Positions 17,254-26,127 of a DNA stretch of 32,612 bases are shown one piece after another. The stretch comes from Thermoproteota archaeon (GTDB lineage: Archaea; Korarchaeota; Korarchaeia; Korarchaeales; Korarchaeaceae), in assembly GCA_037917625.1 (NCBI GenBank), contig JAVCBY010000107.1, positions 1 to 32,612 on the forward strand. The letters are read 5' to 3'. Under the pieces are notes generated by a model that was given only the letters and a program-made list of their open reading frames with translations, searched no databases and was not told where the DNA came from. The number at the start of each line of letters is the position of its first letter. Position 1 is the stretch's first letter. The position numbers and the translations under genes were made by a program.

Positions 17254-20200
17254 CTCTCCCTATTTTCTCTCTAATTTCGTTATATAATTCATCTATGAGT
17301 GCTTGATAGTCAGCAGCTCCCTCTTCAACGCTATCCATCTTCCTCTCGAGGTTTCTGGTCCTCTCCTCGCTTATGAGATCGGGGAATCTATCCCTGAGGA
17401 AGTTGTATACTTCAATCCCCAGCTTCGTCGGTATGAGCTTATGATTCCTCTCTATGACGTAGCCCCTCTGAAGTATCTTCTCAACTATCGTAGCGTAAGT
17501 TGAGGGCCTCCCAATACCTCTCTCCTTCATCAATGCTACTAAATTACTCTGAGTGTAGAGGGGAACGGATGGGATGGCTTGGTGCTCTATGACTACATCA
17601 AAAGTTCCTTCCCTCAGCTTGGGCTCAGGGGCGTAGAGGAAGGGGTACCAATCGATCCACCCTCCCTTAGCCTCTATCACTCTCGTTACCTCGAACTCAC
17701 TCTCCCCTACTCTGACGCTAGCTACTTGCTTAACTAACTTGCCATCCTTCGATTGGGAGGCAATGAATCTCCTAAATATCAAGTCATACAATCTTATGTG
17801 ATCTTTACTCAAGCCCTCCACAATCATTATCCCCTCTTTAATGTAATCTACGAGCTCCTTAGCTGAGAGGGGTTTCGTAGGCCTTATGCACTCGTGAGCC
17901 CCACCCTCCCCCCACTTCCTAGGGACGAAGTCATCACCCAGTACTAATGAGGCCACTCTGAGGCCAGCATCACTGACCCTTGGGCTATCAGTCCTATGGT
18001 AAGTTATGAGACCTGTCTCGAATAGGAATTGTGCTACTTGCATAGTCAGATTAGCGCTCATCCTCAGGACTCTGTTCGCCTCACCTATCATAGCATCTGT
18101 CGTGAATGGAGGAGGAGGCTTCACTATCTCTTCCTCAACTTTTAGCTCCTTCACCTGGACCTTAGAGGCTCCCTCCTCACCCACCTTCCCATCTATCCTC
18201 AGAAGAAATCCATCTCCTTTTATCAAGCTCACTACCTTCTTATTCTGGTGCTCCCTGTATCTATCTATCACCCACCCTAAGATGGGTGTTTGAGCCCTTC
18301 CAGCGGATAGGTTCCTCCTACCGAACCTCTTCTGAACTTCAGCGCTTAACTCGAACCCTATCCATCTATCCTCCACCCTCCTAACTATTTGAGCTTCGAC
18401 CATCCTCTCATTAATCCCCCTCAAGGATCTGAGGGCCTCAACTATCGCTCTCTTAGTCACTTCGTGAAATTCAGCCCTGTATATCTCATTAGAGGAATCC
18501 ATTATGAGCTGATATATGTCCCAGGCGATCTTCTCTCCCTCAGTATCGGGATCCGTCCCTATTATCACCCTGGATGCTTCGAAGCTGAGTCTCCTGAGGC
18601 TCTCCACTACGCTCTTACTGTCCCTCAGATCTGTTGAGCCGCATCTAGGGCAACGATCCGCATCAGTGAACTGATGGCCGCAAGCATTACAACGCTTTAT
18701 CGAAGTGTAAGCAGGCACGTAAGTTCCGTCCTCGATCAAGACCCCATGATATCCAATAGTTGTCGTTAGGTCAACGATATGCCCTCCGCTCGCGACTATA
18801 GTCAGTACGTAATCCCCTGTGGTCACTTCATAAGCCATCAGTCCGTCCAAGAACCTCCTGCTAGGCCTTCCAAAGAAGCTAGCGATAGTCCTGGCCTTAC
18901 TTGGGCTCTCAACAATGAAGAGAGCTGTCTTCAGTAAATTAGCTAGCTCATATCCTTTTTTAAGGGAGGATATGAGTCTTCTGCTCTCATCTATCTCAGA
19001 TCTGAGCTTTTCCAGATCTACCTCGCTCAAATGAAGGAAATCTATCTCCTGAGCTCTCGCTCTCTTGATGAAGGAGGTGAGTATGGGATCCTCATCCCAA
19101 ACTAAGCTAGCACCCCTCGTAATCCCGCCTGGATATAATCTAGATGTCCTCCCGGATCCCTGGAGATAAGTCCTCACATCCGGGATTACTATCCTCCTGC
19201 CCCTCACATCTATAATAACATTCGTCAAGCTTGAGATAGAACTTATCTTCTCCTCATCCTTCAGGATATCCTCAATTATCTGCCTAGCCCTCCTTATATC
19301 ATCGCTACTCGGATTCCTCCTCAGCTTCATCGCTAGCTTCCTCTCCTCGATGCCTAGAGCTCTAGATAGAGAGGAAAATAGTGAGATGATTGAATAATCC
19401 TCCATCTCGCTCACTCCTCTCAAGGTTATCTCGAACCTAGGGACCCCGTAGAAGATCACGTACCTTATCCTCTTCGGTAGATCTATCCCCCTAACTAAGA
19501 CGCCATAGGGTTTCGCCGCTCCGATCAGACAATCTAACCTCCCCTCACTGAAATCCCTCACTTTATCCTCCTCATAACCGTGCATCACCTCTCCTCTGAA
19601 TCCAGCGGATTCCACTAACTCAAGGGCCTCATCAGCTAGGTCCATATCCGCGAGGAATAGGAGGAAGCCGCTCCCCATCTCCCTCATGAATGAATTAAGC
19701 TCGTTCCTTTCTTTCGTATAGATATCCGCTATGTTCCTGAGGAGCTCAGGTCTCATAACTCCTACCTCAAAGCCTAGAAGGGATCTAAAGAGTGAAGCCC
19801 TCTGTCCAGGTCTCCCCGTTGCTGTGGAAACCACTAGTACGCTATCAGTCCTCTTCTCTACCCACTTCCCCCTCATCGCATTCCATATATCTTCCTGACT
19901 GAATCCCATTAGCTGTAATACTTTATCAACATTTTTCGAGTTTTTCAGAAATGAATCTACATCATCAACGAATATAAATGAGAATCTATCCACGGACTTT
20001 CTGATGAGCTCGTGATTGGCCGATAAGTATTGTGAGGTAGTGAGCAAGATATCGAAATCCCCAGACTCCAGAGCTGAGAGGAATTCATCCTTTCCCCTCA
20101 TACCGCTCTTATAACTGAGAACTCTTATCCGCCTTCCCGAGTAATCAGAATAATTCATCAAATTGTGATGAGCTTGATCGACGAGTAGAGATGTTGGGAA

Positions 20201-20500
20201 TATCATGTAGGACTTTCCGAATCCCTTATAAGCGAAATAAGATCCAGTTATCAGTCCGAAAACTGTTTTTCCAACACCAGTAGGCGCTATAGCGGCGAAA
20301 CTCCTCCTAGCTAGGGCCCTCTTGGCCCACATAAGCTGGGCCTCCCAAGGGGGAGAGCCTATGCAGGATTCGAAGAACTTCTTGTAGTCCTCTAGCTCCT
20401 CAGAGATTACTCTAAGATCATCTTCTAAGCATGAACTCCTCTCATGAGTTCTGAAGATCCCGCTCCCCGGGCACAGCCCTAAGAATGCTGCTGGTATCAT
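17243..20500 (-). CDS. rgy: Reverse gyrase
   Basis: Helicase-like domain (APTGVGKT, DDVD, YLQGSGRTSR) fused to a type IA topoisomerase (IVESPSKA, DPDTEGE, SAGRAQTP, GLITYHRTD, GIGRPSTYA). ATG at 20500 is preceded by GGTGAT. Confidence 0.96.
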   Translation of the reverse strand: MIPAAFLGLCPGSGIFRTHERSSCLEDDLRVISEELEDYKKFFESCIGSPPWEAQLMWAKRALARRSFAAIAPTGVGKTVFGLITGSYFAYKGFGKSYMIFPTSLLVDQAHHNLMNYSDYSGRRIRVLSYKSGMRGKDEFLSALESGDFDILLTTSQYLSANHELIRKSVDRFSFIFVDDVDSFLKNSKNVDKVLQLMGFSQEDIWNAMRGKWVEKRTDSVLVVSTATGRPGQRASLFRSLLGFEVGVMRPELLRNIADIYTKERNELNSFMREMGSGFLLFLADMDLADEALELVESAGFRGEVMHGYEEDKVRDFSEGRLDCLIGAAKPYGVLVRGIDLPKRIRYVIFYGVPRFEITLRGVSEMEDYSIISLFSSLSRALGIEERKLAMKLRRNPSSDDIRRARQIIEDILKDEEKISSISSLTNVIIDVRGRRIVIPDVRTYLQGSGRTSRLYPGGITRGASLVWDEDPILTSFIKRARAQEIDFLHLSEVDLEKLRSEIDESRRLISSLKKGYELANLLKTALFIVESPSKARTIASFFGRPSRRFLDGLMAYEVTTGDYVLTIVASGGHIVDLTTTIGYHGVLIEDGTYVPAYTSIKRCNACGHQFTDADRCPRCGSTDLRDSKSVVESLRRLSFEASRVIIGTDPDTEGEKIAWDIYQLIMDSSNEIYRAEFHEVTKRAIVEALRSLRGINERMVEAQIVRRVEDRWIGFELSAEVQKRFGRRNLSAGRAQTPILGWVIDRYREHQNKKVVSLIKGDGFLLRIDGKVGEEGASKVQVKELKVEEEIVKPPPPFTTDAMIGEANRVLRMSANLTMQVAQFLFETGLITYHRTDSPRVSDAGLRVASLVLGDDFVPRKWGEGGAHECIRPTKPLSAKELVDYIKEGIMIVEGLSKDHIRLYDLIFRRFIASQSKDGKLVKQVASVRVGESEFEVTRVIEAKGGWIDWYPFLYAPEPKLREGTFDVVIEHQAIPSVPLYTQSNLVALMKERGIGRPSTYATIVEKILQRGYVIERNHKLIPTKLGIEVYNFLRDRFPDLISEERTRNLERKMDSVEEGAADYQALIDELYNEIREKIGRVSH

Positions 20501-20592
20501 ATTTATCACCGCGCATTAAGTTGGCCATACCCAGCTCTAACATACCGATGGTGAGCTTTATATCGATTTCATTTGGAAAAAGCAGGGTTGAA

Positions 20593-20958
20593 ATGAGGCT
20601 TATATTTCCTATCCGAGAATTGAAATCTGATCTTAAGTTAAGTAAAATTTCAGGAAGTTTAGAAAAAATAAAATTCATTGCGATAGTTGAGGTCAGTGAT
20701 TTAGGGCTGGTCACCGATATGGCTCTCTTGGAAGTGGGGGATGAAGTTGAGCTCCTCCCTGAGATAATCATGGAATTGGAGCCAGATATGTTCGTCAGCG
20801 ATAAGATAGATTCAAACATAGTGGAAGCATTAGTGGGGAACGGGACTAAGGTAGCTCTCACATCCTCAGATGTCCTCTGCGAAGCTGTCAGGGACTTACT
20901 CCTGGGGAGAGCTAGATTACTGCCGAAGGGCGAAGCGTCATTGAGGTTCGCTAATTGA
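20593..20958 (+). CDS. Divergent NifB/NifX-like (FeMo-cofactor-binding fold) protein
   Basis: Likely start ATG at 20593 (121 aa). MRLIFPI...KISGSLEKIKFIAIVEV and C-terminal VLCEAVRDLLLG parallel the MxIAIP...VSxHFGRAxxFxIVEV ... VxEAIxxxxxG pattern. Confidence 0.45.
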   Translation: MRLIFPIRELKSDLKLSKISGSLEKIKFIAIVEVSDLGLVTDMALLEVGDEVELLPEIIMELEPDMFVSDKIDSNIVEALVGNGTKVALTSSDVLCEAVRDLLLGRARLLPKGEASLRFAN

Positions 20959-21007
20959 GAAGCTGATGCATTGAGCATGCTCAGAAAGATCGATAGTAGG
21001 AGCTCAC

Positions 21008-22171
21008 TTAGAGCACGAGAACTTGTAAACCCTTGAGGTAGAGCGTCCAAGGGTGCTTCGGATCGAATGGATGATCTGGAGAGGGGCCCATCTCCTCCAA
21101 AACCTTTATCTCTCTACCGGATAGGAGGGAGGCTCTTTCCACGATCCTCCTGAACTCATCCCTCGTTATGAAGAGGCTGCAAGAGTATGTGAGGATTATG
21201 CCCCCTGGAGCTACTCTAGACATAGCTGAGGAGTTCAGAGCGACGTAAGCTCTCCTAGCAGAATCCACCATCTCCTTACTTGGCGCGAAAGCGGGTGGAT
21301 CTACGATCACTATATCGTATAAATTATCATCGCTTTCTAGGAAATCCCTCACTTTAGATCTTATCGCTCTAATCTCCACGGAATTTGACTTCATATTTCT
21401 GTTCATCTCAGTCAATGCATAATCAGATTCCTCCACAGCTGTGACCTTAGCTCCGAAGAGAGCCGCGTGAATTCCAAAGCCTCCAGTGTAACTGAAGAGA
21501 TCTAGCACTCTATCCCCAGGACCAGCCAAACGCTCTAACTTCACCCTATTCATCCTCTGATCTATGAAGAAACCGGTCTTCTGACCCTCAATAGTGTCCA
21601 CATTAAATATAGCTGAGCCCTCCCTTATTGTAGCTCTCTTCTTATCCCCGAACAAGATTCTCCTCTCTAGGGGAAGACCTACTTCCCTCCTCGGCCTGCT
21701 GTCGTTCCTCAGGATTATAGAGGACGGCTTATATATCTTCCTGACCAGCTCAGCTATCCCTTCGATCCTGACATCCATTCCCATAGATGTCGAGGATATT
21801 ACCACTATATCATCGTAGACATCTATTATCAGGCCAGGGAGCTTATCCGCCTCAGTGTGAACCCATCTGAAGAAATTTCCTAACTTCATCCTCTCCCTAG
21901 CACTCAGTGCTTCCCTCAGCCTCTCCTCAATTAACTCCTTCAGGCTCACTAGCTCCTTAGATAATACTCTGACAGCTATGCTCCCTATCCCCTCGTAAAA
22001 TCCTAAGCCTATGGAATCCCCAGATTCGTCCTTCAGAATGACTAGATCACCACTTGAGACGGGCCCCCTTACAGAACTCAACCACTTCATGTATATGTTC
22101 AGGTGACCCTTCCTAGCTCTCTCCACTCCCTCCCCTCTCAGTACTACCTCCCCAGTCACATTCCACCTCAA
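21008..22171 (-). CDS. RlmI-like PUA-domain class I SAM-dependent RNA m5C methyltransferase
   Basis: N-terminal PUA domain, EADKLPGLIID, GQKTGFFIDQR, VLDLFSYTGGFG, DPPAF, YSCS and YLK. Confidence 0.9.
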   Translation of the reverse strand: MRWNVTGEVVLRGEGVERARKGHLNIYMKWLSSVRGPVSSGDLVILKDESGDSIGLGFYEGIGSIAVRVLSKELVSLKELIEERLREALSARERMKLGNFFRWVHTEADKLPGLIIDVYDDIVVISSTSMGMDVRIEGIAELVRKIYKPSSIILRNDSRPRREVGLPLERRILFGDKKRATIREGSAIFNVDTIEGQKTGFFIDQRMNRVKLERLAGPGDRVLDLFSYTGGFGIHAALFGAKVTAVEESDYALTEMNRNMKSNSVEIRAIRSKVRDFLESDDNLYDIVIVDPPAFAPSKEMVDSARRAYVALNSSAMSRVAPGGIILTYSCSLFITRDEFRRIVERASLLSGREIKVLEEMGPSPDHPFDPKHPWTLYLKGLQVLVL

Positions 22172-22173
22172 CT

Positions 22174-23298
22174 CTATCTCCTCAGGAAGTCCGGGTCCTT
22201 AAGGAGTCTCTCCGTCAAGGCGATTCCCTTGCTCTTACTGACGAGCACAGTATCCTCTATCCTTATCCCTCCCCATCCCCTGATATAAATGCCCGGTTCA
22301 TCTGTTATGGTCATACCCTCCTCCATAGCCCCTCCCCTCCCTACGAGGAGCCTTATATCCTCATGTACCTCAAGCCCTATCCCATGGCCTAGAGAGTGAA
22401 CGAAGTACTCTAAGAGACCAGCTTCCTTCAATATCTTCCTAGCTTCAATATCTGGTCTCTCAAAAGCTACTCCTTGCTTCATATATTCCATCGCTCTCAT
22501 CTGAGCTTTCAAGACTGCTTCATATCTCTCCAAGAATTCGGTAGGGGGAGTACCTATGAAGTAAGTCCTCGTCATATCTATGCAATACCCCTTGTACTTC
22601 GCCCCGAAGTCTATCAATAGTATATCCCCCTCAGATATCTTCCTCTCGCTCGGTATATGGTGGGCGTTGAATGAATTCATGCCACTAGCCACTATCGTCG
22701 GGAAGCTGCTCCCATCCGCGCCTAGCTCCCTCATCTTGAACTCAAGCCTATTAGCTATCTCTACCTCGCTCATCTTAGGAGCTATCTCCACGGACTCCAG
22801 GGCTTTTATTGAGATAGATGCGCTCTCCTTCATCAATCCTATTTCATACTCGCTCTTAACAGATCTCATCCTATTAAGTTGTTCCCTCGCATCTATCGTA
22901 GCTACGCTCTTCTTCCCCCTCCTGAATACCTTTCTCATCCTATCAACTAACTCTTTCCTACCTGAGAAATCAATAGCAACTCTCCTAAATTTCCCGATGC
23001 TTAGAAGGACCTTGAATGGATTAAGATCCTCCACTTCCCTTTTACTCGTCCCGAAGTAAGGCTTGAATACTTCGACGTGGAAGGGAGATCTCTCCTTAGC
23101 TATCTCATCCCCGAAAGCATATCTAGCTATTAAGTAAGGCTCGCCCTCCAGTGGGACAGCTAGGAGTTCAGCTTCCATAGTTCCTGAGAGATAGAGCATG
23201 TTTGGGCCCGATGCGAAGAGGCTTAGATCGACACCTCTCCTCGCCATCCATCTCCTCAGCCTTCTTATCCTCGACTCCAGCTCCTCCTTAGGATACAT
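22174..23298 (-). CDS. Xaa-Pro aminopeptidase/prolidase (peptidase M24B)
   Basis: RSVKSEYEI, IDFGAKYKGYCIDMTRT, HSLGHGIGLEVHE, EPGIY and GIRIED. Confidence 0.92.
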   Translation of the reverse strand: MYPKEELESRIRRLRRWMARRGVDLSLFASGPNMLYLSGTMEAELLAVPLEGEPYLIARYAFGDEIAKERSPFHVEVFKPYFGTSKREVEDLNPFKVLLSIGKFRRVAIDFSGRKELVDRMRKVFRRGKKSVATIDAREQLNRMRSVKSEYEIGLMKESASISIKALESVEIAPKMSEVEIANRLEFKMRELGADGSSFPTIVASGMNSFNAHHIPSERKISEGDILLIDFGAKYKGYCIDMTRTYFIGTPPTEFLERYEAVLKAQMRAMEYMKQGVAFERPDIEARKILKEAGLLEYFVHSLGHGIGLEVHEDIRLLVGRGGAMEEGMTITDEPGIYIRGWGGIRIEDTVLVSKSKGIALTERLLKDPDFLRR

Positions 23299-23309
23299 AA
23301 GGTGAGAGC

Positions 23310-24740
23310 TCAGCTGAGCTTAATTAATTTACCATGCTCCGGGAGTATTATGCGATCCCTCATCCTCCTGGGGACGAAAGCATCGAAGAGGTCAGGATGC
23401 TCCGTATGGATGGGGATTATGCGTTCCGGATTTATCGATTCCACGAACTCACCTATCTGCTCCGGCATCATATGCCCAGAGACGTGGATCCTGTAGTACC
23501 TCCTCACGCCGTAGAGGAGGAGCCAATTCATCAGCCTGTCTAATGAGAGGGCTGACTCCTCGCTGAAAGACTCCGATCTACTGAGTACGAACTCCAGTTT
23601 AGCTTTAACATTTATCGGGATCTCATAAAGGAATCTAGTGGCGTTGCTCGTGAGGACGAGGAAGTTATGGGGCTCCTTAAATATCTCCCCTCTCCTCTCA
23701 CCCTGTAGGATCGCTTCATCCCCCGAGAGATCCTCGAACCTTTCTATGAACCCTCTGATCCCCTTCCTCTCCCTAGAGACGGGCTTCTCTTTCCCCTCCT
23801 CTCTCCTCTTCCTCCTCCAGAGGAGATAGTCCCCGATCCCTGGTAATCCATCTATCCCAGTGTCCCTCATCGCTTCATTGATGAAAGCTATTCTTTCATC
23901 CATCACGAGGACTCTAGATAGCTTCCTAGCTGCTTCGAAAACGCTCCTTATCCTATCGGCATCAGATGAGGATGTCTCTAAGAGTATCAGAGAATCCGAA
24001 CCCTCGAAAATGGATGAGATGCCCTCAGCTACTTCTTCCTCATTCGAAAGCTCGAATTTTATCCTCTTAGGAGGCTCCATTCTCCATCTATAGAAGAGCC
24101 TAGTCTCCAATAACCTTATTATCGAGGTCTCAGGATCGTTCTCAGGAGCTACTTTAGTCGCCTCCATTATCAGAGCATCTACCCCCATGGATGCAGCTTC
24201 ATCCATGAAATCTAGGGTCATATCCCTCTTAGGGCCGTGCATCCTCAGATCGCCTGTATATGCGAGCTTGATATTATCGCACTCCACCAAGAAGCCGTAA
24301 GAACCCGGGACTGAGTGATCCACGTGTATCGGTATGATTGAGAAATCCCCTAGGCTTATAGTATCCCCAGTCCTGAAGGTCCTAATAGTGTGAAGAATCC
24401 CTTCGGCGTAACCCAGCTCCACATTGGCTCCTATTATTTTACTAGCTGCTTCCCCCATATAGGCCTCTATCCCCTGAGGTAGCAAGTTCAAGTAACCCCA
24501 ATGATCCTGATGGGCGTGGCTTATGAAGACGCCCTTCAAGCCCTCATGCTCCAATGAGCTCACTAAACCTGTCTTAAGGTAATCCTCGCTGAATGAAGGG
24601 GACATGAAAGGCCTCTGAAAGAACTCCTCCTCCCTCAAGAAATTCTTACCATAATCCAGGAAGATGGATTCATTTGGAGATCTCAGTAAGATCCTATTTC
24701 CTCCTATCTCACGGACTCCTCCTAATACTCTAAGCTCCAC
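23310..24740 (-). CDS. Metallo-beta-lactamase fold beta-CASP nuclease (RNase J-like)
   Basis: LGGVREIGGN, LDYG, SHAHQDH, VDHS, YTGDLR, MEAT, HVSGH and PIHTE. Confidence 0.85.
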   Translation of the reverse strand: MELRVLGGVREIGGNRILLRSPNESIFLDYGKNFLREEEFFQRPFMSPSFSEDYLKTGLVSSLEHEGLKGVFISHAHQDHWGYLNLLPQGIEAYMGEAASKIIGANVELGYAEGILHTIRTFRTGDTISLGDFSIIPIHVDHSVPGSYGFLVECDNIKLAYTGDLRMHGPKRDMTLDFMDEAASMGVDALIMEATKVAPENDPETSIIRLLETRLFYRWRMEPPKRIKFELSNEEEVAEGISSIFEGSDSLILLETSSSDADRIRSVFEAARKLSRVLVMDERIAFINEAMRDTGIDGLPGIGDYLLWRRKRREEGKEKPVSRERKGIRGFIERFEDLSGDEAILQGERRGEIFKEPHNFLVLTSNATRFLYEIPINVKAKLEFVLSRSESFSEESALSLDRLMNWLLLYGVRRYYRIHVSGHMMPEQIGEFVESINPERIIPIHTEHPDLFDAFVPRRMRDRIILPEHGKLIKLS

Positions 24741-24800
24741 AGGAGCTATATTCCCTGAGCTTTTTTAAGGTTGCCTGACTGGATCGCACCGACCCATAAC

Positions 24801-24810
24801 CTTTTATACT
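24801..24810 (+). promoter_or_regulatory. Probable TATA box of the tRNA-Asn gene
   Basis: CTTTTATACT located about 21-30 nt upstream of the tRNA 5' end. Confidence 0.55.
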
Positions 24811-24830
24811 CACTCCGTATACTACCGGGT

Positions 24831-24904
24831 GGCGGGGTAGCTCAGCCAGGTAGAGCATCCGGCTGTTAACCGGAGGGTCGTGGGTTCGAGTCCCACCCCC
24901 GCCG
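24831..24904 (+). tRNA. tRNA-Asn (GTT), intronless, CCA not encoded
   Basis: Acceptor stem GGCGGGG/CCCCGCC plus discriminator G. D arm GCTC/GAGC. Anticodon stem TCCGG/CCGGA with loop CTGTTAA (GTT at 24865-24867). T arm GTGGG-TTCGAGT-CCCAC. Confidence 0.96.
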
Positions 24905-24942
24905 CTATTAATTTAAGACCCCATTGAATGCAAGGTGATGTA

Positions 24943-26127
24943 ATGCATCAGGATGACTTCTACATAATCTCGAGTGGCGAGATAAAGGAGGGAAAGGTGA
25001 CCGATATATACTTCCTCAGGACTCTGGAGGTCCTTAAGGCTAAAGGTTTAGCTGATAAGAGGGTAGTTATGGAAGTAGCAGCTAGATCAATACCTAATAA
25101 GGCGAGATGGGGGATATTGGCTGGAGTTGAGGAAGTAGCTAAGCTCCTTGAGGGTAAAGATGTTGATGTATACTCTTTACCGGATGGCAGCATCTTCAGG
25201 CCCTGGACCCCGGTCATGAGGATAGAGGGCCCTTACTCGGAGTTCTGTACTCTCGAGACATCTATACTGGGGTTCTTGAGCAGCCTCTCCGGCGTAGCTA
25301 CAGCAGCAGCTAGAGTTAAGATGGCAGCTGGAGATAAGCCCGTCTTCAACTTCGGGATAAGGAGGCAGCATCCAGCGGTGAGCTTAGCTTTCGAGAAAGC
25401 TAGCTTAATAGGGGGATTAGATGGCTCCTCCGGTATACTCATTGAGGAGCTCGGATTCAAGCCCGTCGGAACCATGCCTCATGCGATGATAATACTCTTT
25501 GGCGATCAGGTAATGGCTTGGAAATCATTCGATGAAGTCATGCCTGATGATGTGCCGAGGATAGCTCTAGTGGATACCTTCTACGATGAGAAGACTGAGG
25601 CGATAATGGCAGCTGAGGCCCTAGGTGAGAAGCTATCTGGAGTTAGGCTAGACACTCCGAGCTCCAGGAGGGGGGATATGAGCGAGATAATAAAGGAGGT
25701 GAGGTGGGAGCTCGATATAAGGGGCTTTAATCATGTCAAGATATTCGTCTCAGGCGGTCTGAATGAGAGCACAGTTAAGGAGTTCTCTGAAGCTGGAGCT
25801 GATGCCTTCGGCGTCGGCTCTTATGTAATAGGGGCTAGGCCAGTGGACTTCGGTATGGATATAGTTGAAGTGGAGGGGAAGCCCATAGCTAAGAGGGGGA
25901 TAAGGAGCGGAGCTAAGGACCTATTCATATGCGATGATCATCTGATATATGAGGTGAGTAAGGGGGATAAACCGAGATGTCCCTCGTGCGGGAGGGAGAT
26001 GAGGTACTCTTATCTGAAGGTCGTTGAGAGGGGGAAGCTCAACTATAAAATAGAGGACCTCAAAGAACTGAATAAGAGGACGAAGGAATTGATCAGAAAA
26101 CTGAGAGAGCTTGGGGAGGGAGTTTAG
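24943..26127 (+). CDS. pncB: Nicotinate phosphoribosyltransferase (archaeal type with C-terminal zinc knuckle)
   Basis: TDIYF, FGIRRQHP, GTMPH, LVDTF, GVRLDTP, SGGLNE, FGVG and C-terminal CDDH...CPSC. ATG at 24943 follows GGTGA. Confidence 0.92.
   Translation: MHQDDFYIISSGEIKEGKVTDIYFLRTLEVLKAKGLADKRVVMEVAARSIPNKARWGILAGVEEVAKLLEGKDVDVYSLPDGSIFRPWTPVMRIEGPYSEFCTLETSILGFLSSLSGVATAAARVKMAAGDKPVFNFGIRRQHPAVSLAFEKASLIGGLDGSSGILIEELGFKPVGTMPHAMIILFGDQVMAWKSFDEVMPDDVPRIALVDTFYDEKTEAIMAAEALGEKLSGVRLDTPSSRRGDMSEIIKEVRWELDIRGFNHVKIFVSGGLNESTVKEFSEAGADAFGVGSYVIGARPVDFGMDIVEVEGKPIAKRGIRSGAKDLFICDDHLIYEVSKGDKPRCPSCGREMRYSYLKVVERGKLNYKIEDLKELNKRTKELIRKLRELGEGV

Noticed and set aside
20442..21050. 202-aa minus-strand ORF
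   Set aside because: It overlaps rgy, the RlmI-like gene and the + strand 121-aa gene, and its Ser-rich composition is typical of a shadow frame.
24831..24942. tRNA-Asn as a possible integration site
   Set aside because: I noticed no duplicated tRNA 3' end and no integrase, and the flanks are housekeeping genes.
25926..25990. C-terminal CxxH...CxxC motif on PncB as a novelty
   Set aside because: A zinc-knuckle extension is already known in archaeal nicotinate phosphoribosyltransferases.
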